Positions 36,268 through 46,056 of a DNA stretch of 64,000 bases are shown here, one piece after another. The notes beneath the pieces are model-generated. The model was not told the DNA's origin and did no database searches. It was given only the letters and a program-made list of their open reading frames with translations. The DNA is taken from contig JBHHUC010000004.1 of NCBI GenBank assembly GCA_046861395.1, positions 14,589-78,588 on the forward strand. Direction: 5' to 3'. Every line of letters starts with the position of its first letter. Within the stretch, counting starts at the first letter, position 1. Position numbers and translations under genes: made by a program. Source of the stretch: Fidelibacterota bacterium. Lineage in GTDB: Bacteria; Fidelibacterota; Marinisomatia; Marinisomatales; JABMOV01.

Positions 36268-36297
36268 AAATTAGAACTGTAATTAAAATATATTCAA
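36268..36297 (-). promoter_or_regulatory. Possible promoter of the tRNA-tuf operon
   Basis: TTGAAT-18 bp-TAATTT with an AT-rich upstream segment and a GC-rich downstream (discriminator-like) segment. Confidence 0.45.
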
Positions 36298-36319
36298 ATA
36301 TTATTTACCTGAGATGAAA

Positions 36320-36775
36320 TTATTTTTCGGGATAGACAATTCCTGGCAATCCAATCAGGAATTCCGAATCCTCATCCGTTGAGTCGGGGAACAGATCATT
36401 GATATATACCGAACCCACATATTCCCCCCGTGCCGTCCGCTTCTGCAGTTTCCAACTCATCAGCAATGGATCATAGTCCAACTGATACCAGTTTTTTACA
36501 TGATAGCCATCATCCAAAACAATAATCCGACTCAACCGTTCATCGGCATATACGTATTCATGCTGTTTTACAAATTTTCCCCCTTCGTCAAAAAACTGAA
36601 TCTTCGCTAAGGAATGGTCCTGATAATATTCCACCCGATAAGGAAATACTATTGAATCGGGACTGACAGCCGCAGACCAAATCCCCCAACCATTATAGAA
36701 CCGGATGGAAGATGTGGTTTGTGATAAGGCGATGGTAGCTGCGACCACCATCCCCATTATTCGATTTTTGAGCAC
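36320..36775 (-). CDS. Hypothetical secreted protein with beta-hairpin (YD/MORN-like) repeats
   Basis: GTG 36775 gives signal peptide MLKNRIMGMVVAATIALS-Q; overlaps the cysS end; ~24-aa periodic pattern. Confidence 0.6.
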   Translation of the reverse strand: MLKNRIMGMVVAATIALSQTTSSIRFYNGWGIWSAAVSPDSIVFPYRVEYYQDHSLAKIQFFDEGGKFVKQHEYVYADERLSRIIVLDDGYHVKNWYQLDYDPLLMSWKLQKRTARGEYVGSVYINDLFPDSTDEDSEFLIGLPGIVYPEK

Positions 36776-38139
36776 TTTGTCCCACCCGGCGTATCCTTTA
36801 CCAGCCACCCCATGGCTTTCAACCGATCACGGATTTCGTCGGATAAGGACCAGTTTTTATCCCGCCGGGCAGCTTCCCTTTCGGCTACCATCTGCCTAAC
36901 TTCATCCGGTATTTCCTCTGGTTTGGGCGAAAAATCAAATACGGCATTGAAGCGCTCCAGAAAATGGTCTGCCTCGGCAATATCATCCGGTGTAAACGAT
37001 TGCCGATCCAAACGCGAATTCATTTCCTTGATCCAGGCATAAAACACCCCCAGGGCTCCCGGAGCATCAAAATCATCTACCAGAGCCCCTAGAAACCGAT
37101 CAAAGGCAGCCGGAAGTTTTTCCGTCCGCCGGTGTGGGATATCCTGAATCCGGTCCTGAAAATCCCGGATGCGCTGGATGGCTTGTAGGGCTTCATGTTT
37201 CTTCGACAACGAAAAATTGACTTTGGAATGATAGTGTGTGGATAATAATAGATACCGGAGCATTTCAGAGGAGAAACCCTGATCAATCAAATCCTGAATG
37301 GTGTAAAAATTCCCCAGTGATTTACTCATCTTGCCACCATCCACCAGAAGGTGTTCGTTATGAATCCACACATTAACAAACGGCTCACCGGTAGCACAAA
37401 CCGACTGGGCAATTTCATTTTCATGATGGGGAAACATATTATCAACGCCACCGCAATGAATATCGAAATGATTTCCCAGGTATTTGGTAGACATGGCCGA
37501 ACATTCTATGTGCCAGCCGGGGCGTCCCTTTCCCCAGGGTGAGTCCCAATACACATCACCATCCTCCGGTTTCCAGCTTTTCCAGAGAGCAAAATCCTGA
37601 GGATTATCCTTTGAATATTCATCTTCCTGTATTCGTTCTGTGGTTTGCTGCTGCATCATGTCAACACGGGTCAGCTGACCGTAATCCTGAAATGAATTCA
37701 ATGCAAAGTAAATGGAGCCATCTGAGGTCTGATAGGCATGATTCTCGGACAGCAGGTCTTCGATCATCGCAATCATTTCGGCGATATGCTTCGTCGCCCG
37801 GGGATATACGTCTGCCGGGATCACTTTGAGCAAGGCTAAATCATCAAAGAATCGTTTGGTATAAATGTCGGTCAATTCCGAAAGTGATACCCCCCGGTCC
37901 TGAGATCGTAAAATTGTTCGGTCATCCACATCGGTGATATTCATTACATGATAGACGGAAAATCCCGCCAGCTGAAATACGCGTTTGACAAAATCCTCAA
38001 AAACAAAAGCCCGGAAATTTCCGATATGTGCCACATCATAGACCGTGGGACCACAGGTATATATCTTTACCTGATTCGGTTTCAGCGGTATAAACGTTTC
38101 CTTTTTTCGCGACAAGGAATTAAATATTTTTATATCCAT
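36757..38139 (-). CDS. cysS: Cysteine--tRNA ligase
   Basis: YTCGPTVY, HIGN, GRPGWHIECS, KMSKS. Confidence 0.98.
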   Translation of the reverse strand: MDIKIFNSLSRKKETFIPLKPNQVKIYTCGPTVYDVAHIGNFRAFVFEDFVKRVFQLAGFSVYHVMNITDVDDRTILRSQDRGVSLSELTDIYTKRFFDDLALLKVIPADVYPRATKHIAEMIAMIEDLLSENHAYQTSDGSIYFALNSFQDYGQLTRVDMMQQQTTERIQEDEYSKDNPQDFALWKSWKPEDGDVYWDSPWGKGRPGWHIECSAMSTKYLGNHFDIHCGGVDNMFPHHENEIAQSVCATGEPFVNVWIHNEHLLVDGGKMSKSLGNFYTIQDLIDQGFSSEMLRYLLLSTHYHSKVNFSLSKKHEALQAIQRIRDFQDRIQDIPHRRTEKLPAAFDRFLGALVDDFDAPGALGVFYAWIKEMNSRLDRQSFTPDDIAEADHFLERFNAVFDFSPKPEEIPDEVRQMVAEREAARRDKNWSLSDEIRDRLKAMGWLVKDTPGGTKCSKIE

Positions 38140-38140
38140 T

Positions 38141-38632
38141 TTATTTTACCGGTCTTAGATAATTACGTTCAATGTGAACACTCATGGCATGTTGGATGGC
38201 ATCTATTTTCAGGATGAATTTTTCATTACCTTTGATCTGAGCAACAAGACCGCGAATCCCTTTCATGGGACCGGCAATGATTTCCACCTCTTCGCCCACC
38301 GTGAAATAATCCGTGGCTTCCGGTTTTAGGCCCCCTTCTATGGAAGTCCGAATGGCCTCTATCTGTTCATCCATAATGAATGCAATCTCATTCTTGAATT
38401 TAATGATATGATGCACACCGGGCGTCTGCAACACCCACAGACTGTCCTTGGGCACAGTGTGAACAAAGATATAACTACGGAACAACGGAACATCGACCCA
38501 CTTTTTACGGTCACTCCATTGCCGCCGTTGACGAATCAACGGTAAATAGGATTCAATGCCCTTCTCTTCCAGGAGGGCATGGACTTTTTTTTCATAACGC
38601 GGTTTAGTATAGACGGCAATCCAGCGTTTCAT
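38141..38632 (-). CDS. UpxY-family (NusG paralog) transcription antiterminator
   Basis: NGN domain WIAVYTKPRYEKK...RQWSDRKK...PLFRSYIFV plus KOW GEEVEIIAGPMKG. Confidence 0.88.
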   Translation of the reverse strand: MKRWIAVYTKPRYEKKVHALLEEKGIESYLPLIRQRRQWSDRKKWVDVPLFRSYIFVHTVPKDSLWVLQTPGVHHIIKFKNEIAFIMDEQIEAIRTSIEGGLKPEATDYFTVGEEVEIIAGPMKGIRGLVAQIKGNEKFILKIDAIQHAMSVHIERNYLRPVK

Positions 38633-39522
38633 GATTTCATAGCCAATGTAAGCAAAGTATCGATGAGTTGATGAAAAGACATCCCGGCTGCCTTTACAGC
38701 CTTGGGAACCAGACTGGTTGCCGTCATTCCCGGGAGAGTATTCATTTCCAGAAACCAGTATTCCTCACCGTCCAGACGGAAATCGACACGACCGTAATGC
38801 CGGCAACCCAGGGCCCCGTAGATGGCCTCGGCGGCTTCCTGAATCTGTTGCGTCAAGGTCGGTTCCAGGTCGGCGGGACAGGTATAGTTGCTCAGTCCCT
38901 GGGAATATTTACATTCATAATCATATAGTTCGTGGGAAGGAATGATTTCCACCACCGGATAGGGATTTCCGTCAATGACAGCTACGGTAATCTCACGGCC
39001 GGGAATAAATTTTTCCATCATGATTCGTCGTGAATACGGTCTGGCATTGGTCCATGCCGTTTCCAGTTCGGTGACCTGATGGACGATGCTTAATCCAACC
39101 GTACTGCCCTGATCCACCGGTTTTACGACCAGAGGAACAGCCAGTGACACTTCGGCAGGCGGCGCCGAAGCCGGCAGTAATTCCCAGTCCGGTGTGCGTA
39201 ATCCTGCATCCCGGACGATGATTTTACTGAAATGTTTATCCATGCATAAAGCGGATGACAGCGCACCTGATCCGGTATAGGGAATTCCCAGCGTATCCAG
39301 ATATCCCTGGACGATGCCATTTTCACCCATTCCACCATGAAGAGCGTTCAGGACAACATCAACCTTCTGCAACGGTGAATCCAGGGCACTGAGGGATGAT
39401 CCCAGTTCAATCTTAATTCCCTTATATCCCAGGGCCAAGACCGCCTCATACATGGCCTGTCCGGTTGCCAGGGATACATCCCGTTCCGGTGAATTGCCGC
39501 CCAGTAATATTCCGACGTTCAT
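38629..39522 (-). CDS. ddl: D-alanine--D-alanine ligase
   Basis: GGNSPERDVS, LHGGMGENG, GIPYTGSG, YDYECKY, EMNTLPGMT. Confidence 0.95.
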   Translation of the reverse strand: MNVGILLGGNSPERDVSLATGQAMYEAVLALGYKGIKIELGSSLSALDSPLQKVDVVLNALHGGMGENGIVQGYLDTLGIPYTGSGALSSALCMDKHFSKIIVRDAGLRTPDWELLPASAPPAEVSLAVPLVVKPVDQGSTVGLSIVHQVTELETAWTNARPYSRRIMMEKFIPGREITVAVIDGNPYPVVEIIPSHELYDYECKYSQGLSNYTCPADLEPTLTQQIQEAAEAIYGALGCRHYGRVDFRLDGEEYWFLEMNTLPGMTATSLVPKAVKAAGMSFHQLIDTLLTLAMKS

Positions 39523-40070
39523 TTCCCTGCCTCAGACAATTGCAACGCACCTTCCCAGAGATCGGGTGCCGTATAGGTCGCGTGTATTTTCCCTTTTTTC
39601 AATGTGGTCTCCCCTTCACCGGTCAGCACCAGCATCGTTTCCATTCCGGCGGTCTCTCCGGCAATGATATCCTTATCCGTATCGCCGATCATCAGACAGC
39701 GTTTCAGGTCGATCTGATGATCCCGCGCCGCATCGTTGAACATACCGATGGCCGGCTTGCGATGCGTGGACGATGTCCCTGGCAGGTCATAGCAGACATA
39801 AATACCGACCAGGGGCAATCCCTGTTCGGCGAACGAAGAATTGATATATTCATGGATTTTCCCCAGCGCTTTTTCCGTGATCCAGCCCCGGCCTACCCCG
39901 GATTGATTACTGACAATGCAGAAACGGTCTGTGAGGGTCTCCAGGACTTTCAGAGCCGGGAAGGTAAACGGGAAAAAGGTGAATTCATCCAGAGATTTTA
40001 TATAGCCCGGATCGGGATTCAGGGTACCGTCACGATCGAGGAATATGGTGTCAAATCGTTTCTTTGGCAT
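39519..40070 (-). CDS. gmhB: HAD-IIIA phosphatase (GmhB / histidinol-phosphatase-like)
   Basis: FLDRDGTLN, SNQSG, RKP, MIGD. Confidence 0.75.
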   Translation of the reverse strand: MPKKRFDTIFLDRDGTLNPDPGYIKSLDEFTFFPFTFPALKVLETLTDRFCIVSNQSGVGRGWITEKALGKIHEYINSSFAEQGLPLVGIYVCYDLPGTSSTHRKPAIGMFNDAARDHQIDLKRCLMIGDTDKDIIAGETAGMETMLVLTGEGETTLKKGKIHATYTAPDLWEGALQLSEAGK

Positions 40071-41034
40071 CTTTCATATCGGCAAAATGAAAACTGTTAT
40101 GAATAAAATAATACGCTCCGATAATGATAAACGGAATGTATCCGACGGCATGCATGACGACGGCAAACGCCTGGGCGCTGGGCATATCCACCTCAAAAAG
40201 TTGCGTCAGGACGGCCACGGCCACGGCATGGTAAGTACCGATATATCCCGGGGCGGACGGAACAGAGATTGAAAGTGTCGTCGTAATTAACAATATTCCT
40301 ACCGACACCCAGTCCAGTTCCAGATGCATTGCTTTTACCAGAATGATCAAATAGACATAATATATCACCCAGAGGTAAACCGTATACATTGTAATTCGGA
40401 ATGAATGATGTGTATCCCGGATAGCGGTAACTCCTTCAATGATTTTTTCCAGCATTTGCCAAAATGTTTTTCCGATCCCACGCTGCAGAAAGGGAAATTT
40501 TTCAGCCAACATATCCCACGGAAGTTTTGTTTTTCCCAACCAGTACACGAGAACCACGGCCAGTGTGGTTACGATACAGATAATGAGCAAAATATTTCCA
40601 AACGCGCTTGACAAGGGATACATGACAGTAAAAAGTATAATCACGCCCACCAAACCGACCATATCGAGCAAACGATCCAAAATGATAGTCCCAAAGACAT
40701 TGGATTGACTGATTTTCTCGAGCGTGCCCAGGCTATAGGCCCGCATGATTTCCCCCATTCGTAATGGTAGAACAGCATTGCCAAAATACCCGATCATGGT
40801 TGCGCTGAACAGAGATGACAACGGGACTTTCTTTTGCGGCAAGACCAGATAGCGCCAGCGTTGGGCCCGGACAAAAGCACTGTATACCATAAGGATGATT
40901 GCCGCCAACACGACCCTGTGATCCACTCCGGCCAGTGCTTTAAGCACTTCATCCAGCTGAATCCCCCGAAAAGCGTACCACATTCCGGCAATGCTTAAAC
41001 CAAAACCGGCAATCAGTGTAATTTTTTTATTCAC
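40051..41034 (-). CDS. Lysylphosphatidylglycerol-synthase-TM / UPF0104 flippase-like membrane protein
   Basis: RAQRW, N-LPLRMGE, DRLLD, PSAPGYIG; several TM helices; probable GTG start at 41034. Confidence 0.85.
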   Translation of the reverse strand: MNKKITLIAGFGLSIAGMWYAFRGIQLDEVLKALAGVDHRVVLAAIILMVYSAFVRAQRWRYLVLPQKKVPLSSLFSATMIGYFGNAVLPLRMGEIMRAYSLGTLEKISQSNVFGTIILDRLLDMVGLVGVIILFTVMYPLSSAFGNILLIICIVTTLAVVLVYWLGKTKLPWDMLAEKFPFLQRGIGKTFWQMLEKIIEGVTAIRDTHHSFRITMYTVYLWVIYYVYLIILVKAMHLELDWVSVGILLITTTLSISVPSAPGYIGTYHAVAVAVLTQLFEVDMPSAQAFAVVMHAVGYIPFIIIGAYYFIHNSFHFADMKDAKETI

Positions 41035-41608
41035 GTAAATCCAGTATCTCCCATTCGGCATCAATGGTGTAACGATTCATCAATTCCGATCTTTTTATTT
41101 CCTTTATATTATCCACCAGGATACGGACGGTATCGGCACTTTCGGTACCGACCACTAGTTTATCGGGCAGATATGATTCCGCATTGAACCAGATTGTACC
41201 CGAAATATCATAGTCCGGTACAAATAAATTGCATTCAATTTTTTTCCCGTGTCGGGCCTTGATCTGTAACTGAACACCGCTGAAATTCCCTGTGAAGATT
41301 GAAAGACTATTATACATTTCCGGGGAATAAGTTTCCAGAATTACATGCTGTTGGGTCGGGGAAAACGTGGCGATAGTTTGTCCCGTTACTTTGATGATGG
41401 AATTTCCGTTCTCATAGGCAAAACTATCCGGAGAAAATATTTCAAAGCGACCATTGGAACGATGACGATTCCCCTGAATATCCTGCGTCAGAGAAAAATC
41501 AATCCGGAGGCCGTGGTGGGAATGAAATTCAGCCTTCACCGTATCAATAAAGGTTTGCGCGAAATACAGCCCGCTAAGCCCAAAGACAAAAATTAGGATT
41601 CTAATCAA
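41027..41608 (-). CDS. LolA-like outer-membrane lipoprotein carrier protein
   Basis: Directly downstream of ftsK (conserved ftsK-lolA order); signal peptide ending LYFA-Q; beta-strand-rich; probable TTG start at 41608. Confidence 0.6.
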   Translation of the reverse strand: MIRILIFVFGLSGLYFAQTFIDTVKAEFHSHHGLRIDFSLTQDIQGNRHRSNGRFEIFSPDSFAYENGNSIIKVTGQTIATFSPTQQHVILETYSPEMYNSLSIFTGNFSGVQLQIKARHGKKIECNLFVPDYDISGTIWFNAESYLPDKLVVGTESADTVRILVDNIKEIKRSELMNRYTIDAEWEILDLRE

Positions 41609-43940
41609 GGGTCTGTAAATATAATTCATCCACCAACACTTCCCGAGCCTTGCTCCCGGTAAACGGTCCCACAACACCAATTTGTTCCATTTGGTCGATC
41701 ATGCGGGCTGCCCGGGAATACCCCACTTTTAACCGGCGCTGAATCAGGGAAATAGAACCCTGCTGGTGGGTCACAACCAGACGAATCGCCTCTTTGAATA
41801 ATTCATCATCGGTATCGCCGTCAATATCACCATTCATTACGGATGATTCCCGAACCGATGCCAGTTTCTCGTTTTCAAATTTCGGTTGTTGTGAAATGTG
41901 ATTCATGATGGCTTCGATTTCTTCGAGAGAAATAAAGGCATTGTGCATACGTGTAATTTCTGACGATCCGGTGCCCAGGTAAAGCATATCACCACGACCG
42001 ATTAATTTTTCCGCGCCCATGGAATCCAGGATGGTACGGGAATCGATTTTCGTTGCCACCTGGAACGCAATCCGGGCGGGGAAATTGGCTTTGATGACAC
42101 CGGTAATCACATCTACCGATGGTCTTTGTGTAGCAATTACCAGATGAATACCCACGGCCCGCGCCAGCTGAGCCAGCCGGGCAATCGGAGCTTCCACATC
42201 TTTGGCACTCATCATCATTAAATCGGCTAACTCATCCACGACTAAAATGATGTAGGGCATTATGGCTTCCTTATTCTTGCGCGCCCGGTGGTTGTATTCG
42301 TCGATGTTCCGAACCACAGCGTCGGCCAGAATCGTATACCGGCGATCCATTTCTTTCTCCAAGGCCTTCAGCGCTAGGATGGCATTTTCGGTGGACGTGA
42401 TGATGGGTTCATCAATATCTTCCGTCCCCAGGAGATAATAGCCATCAAGTGCCCGGTATAATGTCATTTCAACCTTCTTGGGATCAATAATCATAAATTG
42501 GACTTCATCCGGTGTGGACTGATATAAAATGCTGCAAATGATGGTATTCAGACAGACGGATTTCCCCGATCCCGTTGTTCCTGCAATTAACAGATGAGGC
42601 ATTTTCGCCAGATTCAGGGTCGCGATTTCACCACTGGTGGTTTTTCCAATGGCCAGGGTCAGCTTGGAGTCCGCCTTGGCGAATTTCTCAGAATTGATAA
42701 CCGATTTGAAATAGACCGTGGCAGGATTGCGATTGGGAATTTCAATTCCAACCGAAGATTTCCCCGGAATCGGTGCAATTACGCGAACGCGACTGGCTTC
42801 CATGACCCGTGCCAGGTCATCGGATAATTGTACGAATTTATTGACCCGAACTCCCTCCGCAGGTTCAATCTCGAACAATGTGATGACCGGTCCGGGATGC
42901 ACATTCACGACTTTCCCTTCCACCCCGAAGGTGGCCAGGGACTGGGCCAGGAAATTCGCACGGTCAACTAATTCCTCATTGGACTGCCCTTCGGTAATTC
43001 TTACGGGTGACGAAAGCAATTCCGATTTAGGTAGTTGAAATTTTTTCCGGGGTGCTTTTCGTTCTTTTAGCGAATCTAACTCTATCTCTTCCTCAACCAC
43101 CATTTCTCCTACTTCAATTTCATCCACATTTCCCAATTCCGTTGGTGGCGGTTGAGGGTCCGTCTTCCCGGCCGGTGGAGGTGGCGGAGTCGGTTGTAAT
43201 ATGGATGTTCCAGAAACCCCGGGCTCGGGTTGTGCTTCGACCTGTGTTTCATCTTCCGTTTCTATTACCGCAAAGGATTCGGCTTGCATCTTCGTGCTCT
43301 CATCCTCCTGTTCCCGGCGGGCATTAATTTTTTCCAATAATTCCTTAGTATGCTTGCGTTTGACCTGATCGGTGTTTTTTTGCGCTTCGACCTTTTTTCG
43401 CAAGCCCGGGAACGATGGCAGTTTATCACTCAAACGCTTAATCGGATCGGCAAAATTCCATTCGAAATACCCCCGGGCCAGAATGAGCCATAGAATGATC
43501 AGAAGAATCCCTGCCCCGTAAAGGCCCAGGAAGTCGATAAAAAGGGTTCCCAATAAACCACCGATAAACCCGCTGTAAAGCATATCCATATTTTCCTGGA
43601 AGAAAGATAAATCTATCCAGCCGATTGTCACCGACAACAGAACCAATACCCCCAGAAGATAACCGCTGAGCCGCATTACGGATGCAATCGACTTTCGGTA
43701 AAACAGATTCCAGCTCCATACCAGACCCAATATCGGCAACAACCCAATGGCATATCCCAATCCCATCTTGATACCATAATGCCCAACATAGAGGCCTAAA
43801 ATGCCCATGGGATTTTCAATCATGATATTGGATGCAATGCCCGGTTCTTCATAGGGTCGATACCCCAAAAAGCTCAGTCCCACAAACAGGGACACGGCGA
43901 ACAGCAGCATTCCCAGAATTTCTATACGGCGATCTTTCAT
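41601..43940 (-). CDS. ftsK: DNA translocase FtsK
   Basis: N-terminal TM domain, AGTTGSGKS, VDELADLM, ATQRPS, gamma domain QRRLKVGYSRAAR; start moved to ATG 43940. Confidence 0.97.
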   Translation of the reverse strand: MKDRRIEILGMLLFAVSLFVGLSFLGYRPYEEPGIASNIMIENPMGILGLYVGHYGIKMGLGYAIGLLPILGLVWSWNLFYRKSIASVMRLSGYLLGVLVLLSVTIGWIDLSFFQENMDMLYSGFIGGLLGTLFIDFLGLYGAGILLIILWLILARGYFEWNFADPIKRLSDKLPSFPGLRKKVEAQKNTDQVKRKHTKELLEKINARREQEDESTKMQAESFAVIETEDETQVEAQPEPGVSGTSILQPTPPPPPAGKTDPQPPPTELGNVDEIEVGEMVVEEEIELDSLKERKAPRKKFQLPKSELLSSPVRITEGQSNEELVDRANFLAQSLATFGVEGKVVNVHPGPVITLFEIEPAEGVRVNKFVQLSDDLARVMEASRVRVIAPIPGKSSVGIEIPNRNPATVYFKSVINSEKFAKADSKLTLAIGKTTSGEIATLNLAKMPHLLIAGTTGSGKSVCLNTIICSILYQSTPDEVQFMIIDPKKVEMTLYRALDGYYLLGTEDIDEPIITSTENAILALKALEKEMDRRYTILADAVVRNIDEYNHRARKNKEAIMPYIILVVDELADLMMMSAKDVEAPIARLAQLARAVGIHLVIATQRPSVDVITGVIKANFPARIAFQVATKIDSRTILDSMGAEKLIGRGDMLYLGTGSSEITRMHNAFISLEEIEAIMNHISQQPKFENEKLASVRESSVMNGDIDGDTDDELFKEAIRLVVTHQQGSISLIQRRLKVGYSRAARMIDQMEQIGVVGPFTGSKAREVLVDELYLQTLD

Positions 43941-43947
43941 ACCCTTC

Positions 43948-44946
43948 TCAGATGTATAACTCCGGGTGCGTCCGTTGTTTTTCAATCAGCCAGTTCACGA
44001 AAATTTCGATTCCCTCCGATGGTGTTGTTTTGGGTTCATAATCCAATCGCTGCCGGGCCCGGGAAATATCGGCAAAAGTCTGTAACACATCCCCGGATGG
44101 TAATTCCTGATATTCCAGGATAGCTTTCCGGCCTGTTTTTTCTTCGATAATTTCAACTAATTCCGCCAGTTTTACTGGTTCCGAATTCCCCAAGTTATAC
44201 ACGGTAAACCCCGGTTCCAAATCGATTGCTTTCAGAATGCCATCAATGATATCATCGATATAAGTATAATCCCGGGCCGTAGAACCGTCACCAAAAATAG
44301 GAATGGTCTTGCCACTTAATATATGACGCACAAATTTATGGATGGCCATTTCCGGTCTTTGCCGCGGACCGTATACGGTAAAAAATCGGAGGCAGGTCGT
44401 GGGGATCTGAAACAGTTTCGAATAGGGATAACACATAATTTCGCCCATTTTCTTGGTTGCACCATAATGGGAGATTTGATTATCGACGATGTCATCTTCG
44501 GAAAAAGGCGTTTTTTCATTATTCCCGTAAACGGATGAGGATGAGGCGAAAATAAATTTCTGAAGCGGATAATGAGACATGACTTCCAGCAATTGCTGAG
44601 TTCCCACGATGTTTACGTCTGTATAATATTGCGGTTGTTCCAGAGAAGGACGAACCCCGGCCATGGCCGCCAGATGAATTACAAATCCGATTTCATGGGA
44701 TTTGAAAATCTTCTCAAGCGTGTCAGCCGATCGTATATCCCCTTCCACAAAAGTGTAATGATCAAAATCGAAATGCCGTTTTATATTCAACCGCTTGATA
44801 GCGGGATTATAAAAATCGTTTAAATTGTCGAGCGTAATCACCTTGACACCCCTGGCCAACAGAGTCCCGGCCAGATGTGAACCAATAAACCCGGCACCAC
44901 CGGTAATGAAAACAGCCCGACCATCATGGAGAATATTGTCTATCAT
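43948..44946 (-). CDS. NAD-dependent nucleotide-sugar epimerase (UDP-glucuronate 4-epimerase-like)
   Basis: TGGAGFIG, HLAAMAGVRPS, ASSSSVYG, YGATK, RFFTVYGPRQRP. Confidence 0.9.
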   Translation of the reverse strand: MIDNILHDGRAVFITGGAGFIGSHLAGTLLARGVKVITLDNLNDFYNPAIKRLNIKRHFDFDHYTFVEGDIRSADTLEKIFKSHEIGFVIHLAAMAGVRPSLEQPQYYTDVNIVGTQQLLEVMSHYPLQKFIFASSSSVYGNNEKTPFSEDDIVDNQISHYGATKKMGEIMCYPYSKLFQIPTTCLRFFTVYGPRQRPEMAIHKFVRHILSGKTIPIFGDGSTARDYTYIDDIIDGILKAIDLEPGFTVYNLGNSEPVKLAELVEIIEEKTGRKAILEYQELPSGDVLQTFADISRARQRLDYEPKTTPSEGIEIFVNWLIEKQRTHPELYI

Positions 44947-44949
44947 AAG

Positions 44950-46056
44950 CTAAAGAAGAGCGGTTCCTGATGTATAAAAAGGAGGTTTAATGATAACAGC
45001 GGCGAAACGCCTACCGCGAATGCTGATCTGGAGTTTCGTTCCGATTTTATGATGGGGAACATCAACGTATGCCAGGGCAATTCCCTGTCCCAGGGATGGG
45101 GACTGGGTTCCACTGGTCACATGCCCTACGCCAGTTTCATCATGAAACACGTCATACCCGGCACGAGGTACTGCCCGCTCCAGCATTTTCAGACACACCA
45201 ACCGTCGGGACACAGATTTTTTCGCCGCCAGGATTGCATCACGACCGATAAAATCACCTTTATCCAGTTTTGTGATCCAGCCCAGTTCGGCTTCGATGGG
45301 ATTGGTGGTTTCGTCAATATCATTGCCATAGAGACAATATTTCATTTCCAACCGCAGCGTATCCCGGGCCCCCAACCCGGCGGGACGCAATCCGCGCGAT
45401 TCCCCCACCGTCATAATATGATCCCATAATGCGGCTGCCTGAGCCGAGGGAATATAGATTTCGAAACCCAATTCACCGGTATATCCGGTACGGGCCAGAG
45501 TCACCGGGACATCTTGATAGGTCGTTGTCATGAAATGATAGAACGCCAGATCGCCGATGGCGGAAAAGCCGCAGTCTGCCAGGATATCACGGGAAACCGG
45601 TCCCTGCACAGCCAGGAGAGCAATAGCATTACTCCTGTCCTCCAGACGAACGGATGGAGGGCGGTGTTCTTCCAGCCATTGCAGGTCTTTCTGTCGGTTG
45701 GCCGCATTCACAACAATCATGTAATAATCGGAATAGCGGTAGATGAGTAAATCATCGAGCATGCCGCCATCCTCCCGGCATATGGCGTTGTACTGCGCCT
45801 GGCCCACGGCGATGACGTGAATATCATTGATGGTCACGGTTTGCAGAAATGCGTCTGCTCCCGGTCCGGACACAAGGAATTCACCCATGTGGCTGACATC
45901 AAAAATTCCGGCCTGTTGACGCACGGCCAGATGCTCCGCTCTGATACCGGAATACTGAACCGGCATCAGATAACCGGCAAAGGGCACCATTTTCGCCCCG
46001 GCGGCTACATGGCAATCATATAATGGTGTTTTCTGCACGGAACTAATCGGATTCAA
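44950..46056 (-). CDS. gcvT: Glycine cleavage system aminomethyltransferase T
   Basis: FDVSHMGE, RTGYTGE, GLGARDTLRLE. Confidence 0.96.
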   Translation of the reverse strand: MNPISSVQKTPLYDCHVAAGAKMVPFAGYLMPVQYSGIRAEHLAVRQQAGIFDVSHMGEFLVSGPGADAFLQTVTINDIHVIAVGQAQYNAICREDGGMLDDLLIYRYSDYYMIVVNAANRQKDLQWLEEHRPPSVRLEDRSNAIALLAVQGPVSRDILADCGFSAIGDLAFYHFMTTTYQDVPVTLARTGYTGELGFEIYIPSAQAAALWDHIMTVGESRGLRPAGLGARDTLRLEMKYCLYGNDIDETTNPIEAELGWITKLDKGDFIGRDAILAAKKSVSRRLVCLKMLERAVPRAGYDVFHDETGVGHVTSGTQSPSLGQGIALAYVDVPHHKIGTKLQISIRGRRFAAVIIKPPFYTSGTALL

